64,000 nt of DNA from an uncultured Acidobacteriota bacterium. GTDB taxonomy: Bacteria; Acidobacteriota; Vicinamibacteria; Vicinamibacterales; 2-12-FULL-66-21. The notes under the pieces are model-generated. The model made no database searches. It saw only the letters and a program-made list of their open reading frames with translations, and was not told the DNA's origin. This document shows, in pieces, positions 1 to 9,510 of this stretch. Position 1 is the first letter of the stretch; every line of letters begins with the position of its first letter. The stretch lies in the NCBI GenBank assembly GCA_963836735.1, contig CAWIKP010000025.1, positions 253,757 to 317,756 of the forward strand. Reading direction: 5' to 3'. Made by a program: the position numbers and the translations under genes.

Positions 1-938
1 AAACGCGGACGGGAGCGAATGGGCTGATCATCCGGCGAGGCTCAGTGATCGCTGAATGGGGCGATGCCGGACGCGCCGACATGACCTTCAGCGTGACGAA
101 GACCTTCCTGTCGAGTGTCGTCGGACTCGCCTTCGATCGGGGCCAGATCAAGAATGTCACGGATCGTGTCGCCCTGTACATGCCGAAGGACGTCGATCTT
201 TTTACATCGGCCCACAATGCTCCAATCACCTGGGAGCACCTGCTCCGGCAGACCAGCGACTGGTCAGGAACGTTGTGGGGGAAACCTGACTGGGCTGACC
301 GCCCGCCACGCGATCAGACTCCGGCACAGTGGGAACGGCGGGAGCTGCGTGAGCCGGGAACTTTCTATAAGTACAACGACACAAGGATCAACGTCCTGGC
401 ACTCGCGGCGCTCTACGTCCTCAAGCGCCCGCTCCCGGAGGTTCTGGATGAGGCCATCATGACGCCGATCGGTGCCTCATCCAGGTGGCATTGGGAAGCC
501 TACGACAACGCCTGGGTGGAGATTGATGGGCGGAGGATGAAGTCGGTCACCGGAGGCGGCCATTTCGGGGGTGGCATGTTTATCAATGCCTACGACATGG
601 CTCGATTTGGCTACCTGTTTCTCCAGAACGGCGAATGGGACGGCCGGCAGCTGATCTCGAGAAAGTGGATCGAGATGGCGAAGTCACCCGGGCCGGCGAA
701 CAGCGCCTACGGGTTCTGCAACTGGTTCCTGAACAATCCAACGAAGACAGCGGATGGGACGCTCGGCCCTCTGCCGTTTCCGTCGGCCCCTCGTACGTCC
801 GTCACGTTCCAGGGCAACGGGGTCAACGTCATCTATCTGGACTGGGAGAACGATCTGCTGATCGTCGTGCGCTGGATTGACACCAACCGGAGCCTGGATC
901 AGTTCATCGGGAAGGTCCTCGGCGCGATCAGGCGGTAA
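1..938 (+). CDS. Serine hydrolase / beta-lactamase-family protein, 5'-truncated at the window edge
   Basis: The open frame continues from nt 3 with no stop. An S-V-T-K (SxxK) active-site motif lies near the N-terminus of the visible part. Overall it resembles class-C-like esterases/penicillin-binding-protein-like proteins. Stop codon TAA at 936-938. Confidence 0.65.
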   Translation, partial: TRTGANGLIIRRGSVIAEWGDAGRADMTFSVTKTFLSSVVGLAFDRGQIKNVTDRVALYMPKDVDLFTSAHNAPITWEHLLRQTSDWSGTLWGKPDWADRPPRDQTPAQWERRELREPGTFYKYNDTRINVLALAALYVLKRPLPEVLDEAIMTPIGASSRWHWEAYDNAWVEIDGRRMKSVTGGGHFGGGMFINAYDMARFGYLFLQNGEWDGRQLISRKWIEMAKSPGPANSAYGFCNWFLNNPTKTADGTLGPLPFPSAPRTSVTFQGNGVNVIYLDWENDLLIVVRWIDTNRSLDQFIGKVLGAIRR

Positions 939-942
939 CCTT

Positions 943-1166
943 GGGGTCAGATCTCGATTTTCCAAGCAGCCCCCGGACGGAGGGCCGTTGGAACTGCGCT
1001 CCGCCTCGGACATTCGACAAGGCCCCACCAAGACCGAAGGGGTTAGATCTCGATTTCCATTGAGACCGTGCTCGGACTGCCTTCTGCGCCAAAAAATCGA
1101 GATCTGACCCCCTGGGCGAGCCGGCGCCGATTCGGTTGTGCCGATGGAAGATCGAGATCTGACCCC
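943..1166. repeat. Cluster of four copies of the 20-nt palindromic unit GGGGTCAGATCTCGATTTTC: two direct, then two inverted
   Basis: Copies at about 943, 1039 (one mismatch), 1092 (inverted) and 1148 (inverted), all seen directly. They can form nested hairpins. They lie in the intergenic region between the hydrolase stop and the coiled-coil gene. Confidence 0.85.
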
Positions 1167-1264
1167 GGCACCGATTCGTGATCGCCGGGCTAAGACTGTA
1201 ATATCGGCAATGCGCAATCCTGCCTAATTGCCTGCATTTCAACAACTTCTCCTCGGATCTTGGG

Positions 1265-3292
1265 TTGCACTCGACGACTTGGGCGGACCAATCCGACATG
1301 CAATTCCACGACTACGCGGCCACGGAAGTCTCGACCCTAATCGCCGGGCTGTTGGCGCGACAGTCCGAAGGCGGACTCCACCAGCTGCGCGCCGTCCGTT
1401 CGGCGCTCGAGGCGGCGACGCAGGCCCTCGAGAGCACCCCGCACCCAGACAACGAGATCCAGGCGCTGGTCGGGAAGCTGACTGCGGTCTTCGAGACCGA
1501 ATCACGCCGCGCGGCCGAGGAGTTGCGGCGGGTGACCGAGGAGGGGCGCCGGCGCTTGGACGAGGCGAACGCTGCCCTGACCATCCAGCTCGACGAGAAC
1601 GCGGCGCTGACCGGGGCGGTCGCGCAGGCGCAGGCTGAAGTCGCCCTCCTCCGCAGCGAGCTCACAACCGCTCTGGAGCGCTGCGACGCGGCGGAGCGCG
1701 ACCTGACCGCGACGGTCGAAGCGCACGCCGAACTCGAACGGATCCTGAAGGCCACCGACACGGAACTGCGCCATGCGACACACGCGCGGACCCAGGTTGA
1801 AGCCGACCTCGCCTCCGTGAAAGCGGGCGCGCAGCGGTCCAGCGCCGAACTGGATCATGTGCGCGGCGAGCTGTACCGGGTTGGCGAGGAAAGCCTCAGG
1901 CTGAGTGAGTTGCTCGACCAGGCGACCGTGGAAGGACACGACCTCCGGGGAGCCCTCGAACGGGCCGCGGCAGAGAAGCACGAACTTCGCATCGCGCTCG
2001 ACGGGGCGACCGCTCAGAGCGCGCGGCTGCAGTGCCAGATCGACGAGTACCAGTCCGAACGAATCGAGCTCGATCGACAGCTGATCGCGGCGCATGAGAC
2101 CCTGTCCGCTCGCGAGGGGGCAGTACGGGAGCTCGAGGCCGCCAGTGCGCGCGCCCGTTCGGTCGAGGCGGACCTGACCGACAAGAACGACCTCCTCGCG
2201 CGCGAGCTCGACGTGGCCACCGGGCGCGTGCGAGCGGCGGAAGCCGCGCTCGCAGATGCGCAGAGGGTTATCGCAGGGCAAGACGCGGTGGTGGGCGAGC
2301 TCGGCGTCGCCCGCGCGCGCGCCCACACTCTCGAAACGCAGCAGGCCGAGCTCACCGAACAGGCGCGGCAGCTCCAGACGCGGCTCGAGGCGGCGCTGCA
2401 GGCAGAAACCAGGCTGCGCGAAACGGCCGCCCGCCCGAGCGAGGCGCGGGTCGACGAGCAGCAGATCGAGACGCTGCGCTCGGAGCTCGATCGGATGGTG
2501 TCGCTGTTCGACGCCTCGGTGCGCGCGGTCCACGAGATGGCCAGCGCGCGATCTTCGAGCGATCTGCTCGTCGAACTGGTCAAGCGGCTTTCGATTCAGT
2601 TCTCCCGTGTGGCGCTGTTCAGGGCGAAGAGCAACGGCCTCGAAGGGGAACACCATGTGGGCTTCGAGGGCATCGACATCGCCAGACTGGTATTGCCCGT
2701 AACCGTCGACTCGTTGCTGACCCGCGCTCTCCAGTCGGGCGCCGTGGAGAGCTTGAGCGGACCAGACATCGCCAGCCGCCTGGGCACGCCGTTCGGCGGA
2801 TCCCCAACATCAGCCGTCGCCCTCCCCATCGTCCTTCAGGGAGCGACGCTGGCGGTCGTGTATGCGGACGACGCGGACATGCCCGAACATGCGAGGGGCC
2901 CGGCCGTGCACGAAACGAGCGTGGGCTTCGCCAAGCTGCTGGTCGGCGAGGCCGCGGTGCTCCTGATGTGCCACACGCACGAGCTCAAGACGCTCGCAGA
3001 GCTGCGTCAGTACGCGACTACGTTGCTGCAGGAAGCCAAAGCGATGTACCTGGCCGACGCCGAGGCCGGGATGCCCGCGGTCCAGCTCCGCGGCCGGCTC
3101 AAGGCCAACCTCGATTGCGCCAGCCAGTTGTATACCTACCGTGCGGCGATGGAAGGCACCGCAGCGGCGGCCCTGCTCGACGAGCAGATTGCGGCGGAGA
3201 CGGCGGGAACGACGCCATTCTCACGAGACCTCGCGGACCTGGTGCACAGCATGGGGGCGTCGGATCTGGGGATCACGGCCGAAGCGTCGTAG
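1265..3292 (+). CDS. Long coiled-coil protein (about 420 aa of A/E/L/R-rich heptads) with a C-terminal GAF-like domain
   Basis: The 675-codon ORF is periodic and has strong codon bias. The C-terminal approximately 230 aa has a GAF-like hydrophobic pattern. The first codon is TTG at 1265; ATG at 1298 is an alternative start. A long antisense ORF at 1502..2656 is judged spurious. Confidence 0.6.
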   Translation: MHSTTWADQSDMQFHDYAATEVSTLIAGLLARQSEGGLHQLRAVRSALEAATQALESTPHPDNEIQALVGKLTAVFETESRRAAEELRRVTEEGRRRLDEANAALTIQLDENAALTGAVAQAQAEVALLRSELTTALERCDAAERDLTATVEAHAELERILKATDTELRHATHARTQVEADLASVKAGAQRSSAELDHVRGELYRVGEESLRLSELLDQATVEGHDLRGALERAAAEKHELRIALDGATAQSARLQCQIDEYQSERIELDRQLIAAHETLSAREGAVRELEAASARARSVEADLTDKNDLLARELDVATGRVRAAEAALADAQRVIAGQDAVVGELGVARARAHTLETQQAELTEQARQLQTRLEAALQAETRLRETAARPSEARVDEQQIETLRSELDRMVSLFDASVRAVHEMASARSSSDLLVELVKRLSIQFSRVALFRAKSNGLEGEHHVGFEGIDIARLVLPVTVDSLLTRALQSGAVESLSGPDIASRLGTPFGGSPTSAVALPIVLQGATLAVVYADDADMPEHARGPAVHETSVGFAKLLVGEAAVLLMCHTHELKTLAELRQYATTLLQEAKAMYLADAEAGMPAVQLRGRLKANLDCASQLYTYRAAMEGTAAAALLDEQIAAETAGTTPFSRDLADLVHSMGASDLGITAEAS

Positions 3293-3310
3293 CGGTCTCG
3301 CCGCTCCGGC

Positions 3311-3528
3311 GGGGTCAGATCTCGATTTTCTATCCGGACGCCCGTATGTGGGCGGTCGGAAAATCGAGATCTGACCCCAACTGCTCGCCGTACTCCCAAT
3401 GGAAAGATCGAGATCTGACCCTACTCCGGGGCTTCGACCAACTGCTCGACCCGACTGCTATCGAAAATCGAGATCTGACCCGACGCTCCGCGGGCTCGAC
3501 TCCTATCGAAAAATCGAGATCTGACCCC
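3311..3528. repeat. Second cluster of the same 20-nt palindromic unit: one direct copy plus four inverted copies
   Basis: A direct copy at 3311-3330 and an inverted copy at 3358-3378 form a perfect 20-bp stem with a 27-nt loop immediately after the stop at 3292. Additional inverted copies lie at about 3403, 3465 and 3508. All seen directly. Confidence 0.85.
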
Positions 3529-3735
3529 GCCGGGGGTTCGGTCCACACCCCGCCGGGGGTTCGGTCCCACACTCCGCGAACAGACCGCACCTTACCTCAC
3601 CAATAGAAGCTCGACCAGATCCCCGAGGGCCGCGCCCCTCGTATCGCGCTGCGCAGGCAGACGCGGCGACCTCGAGGGGGAGCACAGATGGGCGTCAGGA
3701 CTCATTTTCGCGTCGCAAGCGGCGCAAGCTGCCGA

Positions 3736-4905
3736 TCAGCGCGCCGACGCGGGCACGCCGACCTTCAGCCCCTGGCCGCCCACGAAGCGCCCCATGACGC
3801 CCCATCCTCCGAAGCTGTCGCTCACCACTACGGCCAGGTCGTTCTCTCCGGCCGACAGCGGCAGAAATAGGCGTGCCTGGTCGAACCCGATCAGCCCCTC
3901 GCGCCGCGGCCGATCGAACGCGTAAGTACCGTCACCCCGGAAAATTGGACGTCCGTTCAAGAAAACGGTCGCGATGTCGCTGAAGCCCAGGTCGAACGTG
4001 TATGTCCCCGCCCTCGGTGCGTCAATCGTGATGCGGGCCACGGCGGCGGTCACGTTGCTGCCCTTCGGGATGGTGACGTGACGGTGCAGTTCGAGGAGAC
4101 CCGTAGGCTCGGTCGGCAGGCGGGTGAAACTGCCGAGGGCCGCATGGTCCGGCAGCGCCGGCACCGCGGCGTCCTTCGGCACGAACGAATGAGACAACGC
4201 CCATTCGCGAACAATCGTCTCCTCGGCTGCCGCTGGCGCCGGAGTGTCGGCTTTCGTCACCGCTCCTGCGAGATCGAACTCCACGACGTCGGGCCGGAGG
4301 GTGACATTGGCGAACGTGGCGATCGGGCCCTTTCCGGGCACATCGGCAGGAAGGAACCCCCCTACCGCGATGAATCCCGGGCGTGGCGCACGGGAGAGTT
4401 TCGGGACGACGAGCGCCGGAGCGGACATGTCGTTCACGAACAGCGCCGCGCGCTCTCCCTGGACGATCGCGCGCACGTGGGTCCACGCCCCCGGCTCGAA
4501 GGTGACCGCCGCGGTTCCGCCCGGCCCATGATGCAGCTGCCATGCGCTCTTGCCCTGCCACACCGGCGCGTACTGGAGGGCGTCCGGGAGCCCCGTCTTG
4601 TGGGGCCTGAGATAGAACTCCTCGCGTTCGCCGTCGCCCTCTGCTCGGAAGTAGAGATAGACGAACGACCGGCGACTGGTCAGTCTGACGTCGAAGTCGA
4701 TTGTGCCGTCGCGCAGGGCGACGTCACGTCTGAAACCGAATCCGGTTTCGATCTGCAGCACCTCACGCCCGTCGTCGCGGGCGATCGTCGTCTTTTCACC
4801 CTGCAGCTGCCAGGCGGGATCGGTGAACGGGAGCGGCTTTGCCGGGGCCTGTGCGTGGGCCAGGCGCGCGATGGTCAGCAGCGCCGCAACGAGTGCAATT
4901 CTCAT
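3736..4905 (-). CDS. Secreted hypothetical protein with a signal peptide
   Basis: N-terminus MRIALVAALLTIARLAHAQA followed by an approximately 370-aa beta-rich sequence. No confident family assignment; possibly a concanavalin/LamG-like fold. Confidence 0.5.
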   Translation of the reverse strand: MRIALVAALLTIARLAHAQAPAKPLPFTDPAWQLQGEKTTIARDDGREVLQIETGFGFRRDVALRDGTIDFDVRLTSRRSFVYLYFRAEGDGEREEFYLRPHKTGLPDALQYAPVWQGKSAWQLHHGPGGTAAVTFEPGAWTHVRAIVQGERAALFVNDMSAPALVVPKLSRAPRPGFIAVGGFLPADVPGKGPIATFANVTLRPDVVEFDLAGAVTKADTPAPAAAEETIVREWALSHSFVPKDAAVPALPDHAALGSFTRLPTEPTGLLELHRHVTIPKGSNVTAAVARITIDAPRAGTYTFDLGFSDIATVFLNGRPIFRGDGTYAFDRPRREGLIGFDQARLFLPLSAGENDLAVVVSDSFGGWGVMGRFVGGQGLKVGVPASAR

Positions 4906-5211
4906 GATGCGACTCCTCCTGCGCCGGCGTGGCAACGCCATGACAGGAGGAGTGGCGCGTCAAACGGAGCCTCCGGCCAGGAAGCGGCCAGGGGCTCCGC
5001 GTCTTCTCCGCGACGGAAACGCACCAGCCTGGCAGCCGGCCCCTGTCCCCGTGCGCGGTGGGTTGCTGTTACGACCGGGATATAGCGCCGATCTCGAGTG
5101 CGGTCAAGCGCGGATCCCGGGACAGACGACGCGCACAGGCGGTCGAACGGCCATGGCTCGGTGCCGACGGCACCGAAAACCGGGATCTCGGCAAGCCGAC
5201 GGAGATCATCG

Positions 5212-7117
5212 TCAACGTGTGCCGGCGGCCTTGCCCTTCAAATGCGTATCGAGGAACTTCAACACGGCGCTGTAGCCCTCGATCTGGTTCTTCTTCTTGG
5301 TGAATCCGTGCCCCTCGTCCGGGAAGATCACGTATTCGACCGGCGCGCCATTCTTCTTGACCGCCGCGACGATGTCGTCCGATTCGGCCTTGATCACGCG
5401 CGGATCGTTCGCGCCCTGCAGCACGATCAGCGGCTTCTTGATCTTCGCGGCGTGGAAGACCGGGGACACTTCATAGAGCATCTTCTCGTCGGCGACCGGA
5501 TCCCCGAGTTCCGCGTAGAGCGCCTTGCGCTGCGCCTCCCACCAGGCCGGGATCGCGCCGAGCGTCCGCAGCCAGTTGGAGACGCCAAAGATGTCGACGC
5601 CGACGTCGAACTCGTCCGGCTGGAAGGCGAGCGCCGCCAGCACCATGTATCCGCCATAGCTTCCGCCCATGATCCCGATGCGGTTCGGATCGACATACGG
5701 CAGGCTGGCCAGGTACTTCTTCGCGTCCACGCAGTCCCAGAGCGGTTCCCGCCCGTGTTTGCGATCGTCGGCAGCGAAGAACGACTTGCCGTAGCCCGAG
5801 CTGCCGCGATTGTTGATGCCGAGGATGACGTAGCCGTGGTTGACGTAGGACTGAACGATGGCGCTGTAGCCGCTCGTGGTCTGGCCGCCAGGGCCGCCGT
5901 GCACGTAACACCAGTGCCGGGGCCTTGGCGGCCGGCGTCGCCTGGTGTGGCTTCCAGAGAATGTTCGGAATCGTCACGCCATCGCGAGCCTTGAACCGCA
6001 CGACCTGCGTGTCGACCAGGTCCGCCGGGTCGATGTCGGGGCTCAGCGAAGACGTGAGCTTGGCCGGCGCGCTGTTCGTGCCCAGTTGCAGCACATGGAG
6101 ATCGTTTGGCGAGCGATCGCCGTTGACGTAGAAGGCCAGCTTCGATTCGCTGCGCGCGATCGACACTCCGCCAACGCCGCCGTTCGGAATCGCCGGCAGC
6201 GCGACCGGCTTCCCGGATGCAGTCTCCACGACCGTGATGACCGCCCGCCCATCCTTGTTGACGCCGGTCACCCGGTAACGGCCGTTGTGCGAGAACGAGG
6301 TAAAGGCAACGTCCCAGTCAGCCTTCTCGACGTCCTCGTGCGTGCCCGCGGCCAGCGAATACCGGCGCAGGCGTGTGAATTCGCCCCCCTCGTTCGAGAG
6401 GTAGTAGAGATAGCGCGACGGCGGATCGAATGTCGCCGGTGAATATTGCGCTTCGCCCTTGTGCGGCGTGAGGTGGGTCAGCGCCCTGGTCTCGGCGTTC
6501 CACAGATAGATGTCGCTGTCGTTGGTGGAATTGAGCTTCGTCATCGCCACCCACTTGCCGTCGCCCGAGATGTCGTCCGGAAAGTCGCCGTGCTCGTTCT
6601 TGTAGACGAGTGTTCGCTGGTAGGTGCCCGCGTCATAGCGATAGATGTCGAAGTAGCGTGGGTCGCGCTCGTTCGAAGCGACGAAGAAGGCGCCGCCGTC
6701 CGGCGTCCAGCCTGCGAACTGGGCCTTCAGCTTCTCGCCGGGCGTCAGATCGCGTTCCTGCCCGTCCTTGAGGACGTAGAGATGATTGAGCTCGTTGCCA
6801 CCCTGATCGCGCGTGAACAGGATGCGGTCATCCTTGGGGAAATAGGAGACGGCGTAGGTCGAATCGGTCGTCGACTTGGTGATCGGCGTCCACTCGCCTC
6901 CGGTCACCGGTATCGAATACACGTTCCAGATGCCGGTCTTGTTGGACGAGAACAGGATCCGCGATTCGTCAGCGGAGAACGACGCTCCTGAGATCGAAGT
7001 GGTGTTGAGAAACTGGTCGATGGTGTACTGCTTCGACGGACGCGTGGTCTGTGCGGAGGCGGTTGCCGCGCAGAGCACGAGAAGAGCCGCCCATCCCGAC
7101 TGGCGAATCGACGTCAT
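5212..7117 (-). CDS. S9 family prolyl-oligopeptidase/dipeptidyl-peptidase with a beta-propeller and alpha/beta-hydrolase domain; split by a single-nucleotide frameshift near 5905
   Basis: Signal peptide, then propeller. The nucleophile-elbow motif GGSYGG and the HGGP motif are present. The reverse-complement reads CTGGTGTTACGTGCAC where ...PALVYVHGGPG... is expected (one extra T). This joins ORFs 5471..7144 and 5212..5904. Confidence 0.75.
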
Positions 7118-7295
7118 CAAGATTTTCCCCCTATACCTGCACATTCTGGCACTTCTCGCGAGCCTCCGCCTCAGACCATCGAGGCTCCGCCTCGCTCAGT
7201 GACATTTTTAACGCCGCGCCCCTCGACTCGTGCTCGGGGCGCCCTGAGCTCCGTCGAAGGGCGCGGGGGCGCGACGGCCTTGACCGCTCGGAACG

Positions 7296-8486
7296 GTGTC
7301 GGTCAAGGCCTCTCGGCGGGTACACGTTGGCAATTTGCCGGTTTCGGGAGATTCTGGTGACGTGATCGAGGCCGCCCCCGAACCCGCCAACGCCGACACA
7401 CCCGGAGACCCGCCGGCGCCGGCGGCACCCGCGGCCCCTCCCCCACACCCCCCTCCCGCCGGCCGCCGGAAGCCGCCGATCTGGGCCAAGTGGCCGGACG
7501 ACAAGCTCCTCGACCTTCGGATGTCGGAGCTCAATCTGTCGATCGAAGGCAGTGCTCTGGAGAAGCGGATCGCCGACCTGTATGAGGAGCTGGCCGCCCG
7601 CGGCATTCAGTTCCGGCCGCATTTCTGGCTCTCCGACGAATGGTTCACACCCGATGGTGTACCGGGGATCGCGATTCCATTTTACCTGGCGCACCCGCGG
7701 CTCGCGCGGCTCGAGCGCGAGCAGATGCTCGAGGTCGAGGGAGGAACGCCATCCTGGTGCAGGCGGATCCTCCGGCACGAGGTCGGCCACGCGATCGACA
7801 ACGCGTACCTGCTGCGACGCCGCCGCCGGCGTCAGGCGATGTTCGGGTCGTCGTCCATCGAGTACCCCGAGTTCTATACGCCCAAGCCGTACAGCCGCAG
7901 CTTCGTCCTCCACATCGACAACTGGTACGCCCAGAGCCATCCCGACGAGGACTTTGCCGAGACGTTCGCGGTGTGGCTCAATCCGCGCTCGGAGTGGCGG
8001 CGCCGCTACCAGGACTGGCCGGCGCTCAAGAAGCTCGAATACATGGACGAGTTGATGCGCGAGATCGCGAGCCAGCCGCCGCTCGTCGACAAACGGCGCA
8101 CGGTCGATCCGCTCCATCGCATCCGCCGCACGCTGCGCCAGCACTACAAGCGCAAGGCGGAACACTACGCCCTCGACTACCCGGACTTCTACGATCGCGA
8201 TCTTCGGCGCCTCTTTCCGAATCCGCCGGAGGACGCGCGGACGGTGCCGGCGTCACGCTTCATCAACCGCATCCGCAAGGACGTCCGCCGCACCGTGGCC
8301 GCATGGACCGGCGTTTACCAGTACACGATCGATCAGGTGCTCGAAGAGATGGCCGAGCGCTGCGACGAGCTCCAGCTCCGCTTCACGGCCGGCACCGAGG
8401 AGCAGACCGAGGCCGACTTCATCGTCGTGCTGACGGTGCAGACCATGAACTACCTGCACAGCGGCCGGCACCGGGTGGCGTTGTGA
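7296..8486 (+). CDS. Zincin-like metallopeptidase with an HEVGH motif, putative zinc-binding metallo-peptidase family
   Basis: HExxH at ...ILRHEVGHAID..., plus a downstream EDFAETFAVW (likely the third ligand Glu). Pro-rich N-terminus. GTG start. Confidence 0.6.
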   Translation: MSVKASRRVHVGNLPVSGDSGDVIEAAPEPANADTPGDPPAPAAPAAPPPHPPPAGRRKPPIWAKWPDDKLLDLRMSELNLSIEGSALEKRIADLYEELAARGIQFRPHFWLSDEWFTPDGVPGIAIPFYLAHPRLARLEREQMLEVEGGTPSWCRRILRHEVGHAIDNAYLLRRRRRRQAMFGSSSIEYPEFYTPKPYSRSFVLHIDNWYAQSHPDEDFAETFAVWLNPRSEWRRRYQDWPALKKLEYMDELMREIASQPPLVDKRRTVDPLHRIRRTLRQHYKRKAEHYALDYPDFYDRDLRRLFPNPPEDARTVPASRFINRIRKDVRRTVAAWTGVYQYTIDQVLEEMAERCDELQLRFTAGTEEQTEADFIVVLTVQTMNYLHSGRHRVAL

Positions 8487-9502
8487 AGAAGCGCCGGGTG
8501 CTGGTGCTCATGCACGACTACATGGTCCCGCCGGAGGACGTCAGCGGCCACGACCTGATGGCCGTGCCGTGGAAGACCGAGCACGACGTGATCGTGACGC
8601 TCCAGGAGCTCGGCCACGACGTTCATCCGGTCGGGGTTGGCGACGACCTGGGCGTGGTGCGGCGCGCGGTCTGGGAGTGGAAGCCCCACATCGTCTTCAA
8701 CATGATGGAGGCGTTCCACGAGCTCGGCACCTTCGACCACAACGTGGTGTCGTATCTGGAACTGCTGCGGGTGCCTTACACCGGCTGCAACCCGCGGGGT
8801 CTGATGCTGGCGCGCGACAAGGCGCTCTCGAAAACCATCCTGCACTATCACCGGATTCCGGTCCCGGATTTCGCCGTCGTCCATGTCGGCAAGAAGGCCC
8901 GGCCGCAGAAGAAGCTGGGATTCCCGCTGATTGTGAAGTCGCTCACGCAGGAGGGATCGACGGGCATCTCCCAGGCGTCGGTCGTGGACGACGACACCAA
9001 GCTGCGCGAGCGGGTGCAGTTCATTCACGAGAGCATCGGCACCGATGCCATCCTCGAGCGCTACATCGAAGGACGTGAGCTCTACGTCGGGATCATCGGC
9101 AACTCACGGCTGTCGGTCTTCCCGGTCTGGGAGCTGCACTTCACCAAACGTGGCGACGAGGTTCATCGGATTGCCACCGAACGGGTCAAGTGGAGTGCGA
9201 AGTACCAGAGCAAGTACGGGATCAAGACGCGCGAAGCGAAGCTGCCGGAGGACGCCGCCGGACGCATCCAGTATCTCTGCAAGCGCGTGTATCGCTCACT
9301 CGACTTGAGCGGCTACGCGCGCATCGATCTCCGGATGGACAGCGATGGCAAGCCGTACGTCATCGAGGCGAATCCGAACCCGCAGCTCGGATACGGCGAG
9401 GATTTCGCGGAATCCGCCGAGCGCGTCGGCGTGTCCTACGGGCAGCTGCTGCAGCGCATCATCCTGACGGGGCTGCAGTGGCGGCCCGGGAAGCGGGGCT
9501 AG
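8483..9502 (+). CDS. ATP-grasp ligase (D-Ala-D-Ala ligase / RimK-like), translationally coupled to the upstream peptidase
   Basis: Start GTG at 8483 overlaps the TGA of the previous gene (GTGA). ATP-grasp motifs are present: PLIVKSLTQEGSTGIS, ERYIEGRELYVGIIG, ARIDLRMDSDGKPYVIEANPNP. Confidence 0.7.
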   Translation: MKKRRVLVLMHDYMVPPEDVSGHDLMAVPWKTEHDVIVTLQELGHDVHPVGVGDDLGVVRRAVWEWKPHIVFNMMEAFHELGTFDHNVVSYLELLRVPYTGCNPRGLMLARDKALSKTILHYHRIPVPDFAVVHVGKKARPQKKLGFPLIVKSLTQEGSTGISQASVVDDDTKLRERVQFIHESIGTDAILERYIEGRELYVGIIGNSRLSVFPVWELHFTKRGDEVHRIATERVKWSAKYQSKYGIKTREAKLPEDAAGRIQYLCKRVYRSLDLSGYARIDLRMDSDGKPYVIEANPNPQLGYGEDFAESAERVGVSYGQLLQRIILTGLQWRPGKRG

Positions 9503-9510
9503 CCTGGCGG

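Noticed and set aside
1502-2656. Long antisense ORFs, for example 1502-2656(-), 13972-15324(-), 18408-20024(-), 46841-49240(-), 49983-51530(-), 63351-63974(-)
   Set aside because: They mirror well-supported genes on the opposite strand and have low-complexity Arg/Ala/Gly-rich translations. This is typical of stop-poor high-GC antisense frames.
943-3528. CRISPR array interpretation of the GGGGTCAGATCTCGATTTTC repeats
   Set aside because: The unit is only about 20 nt. It occurs in both orientations, forming hairpins. Spacing is irregular (45-150 nt). Copies sit on both sides of an ordinary gene. No cas genes are in the window.
5212-7144. Treating frameshifted genes (S9 peptidase, clpP, clpX, tig and others) as true pseudogenes
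   Set aside because: Essential housekeeping genes are affected in the same way, and one site is a simple extra base in a short run. Assembly error is the more likely explanation.
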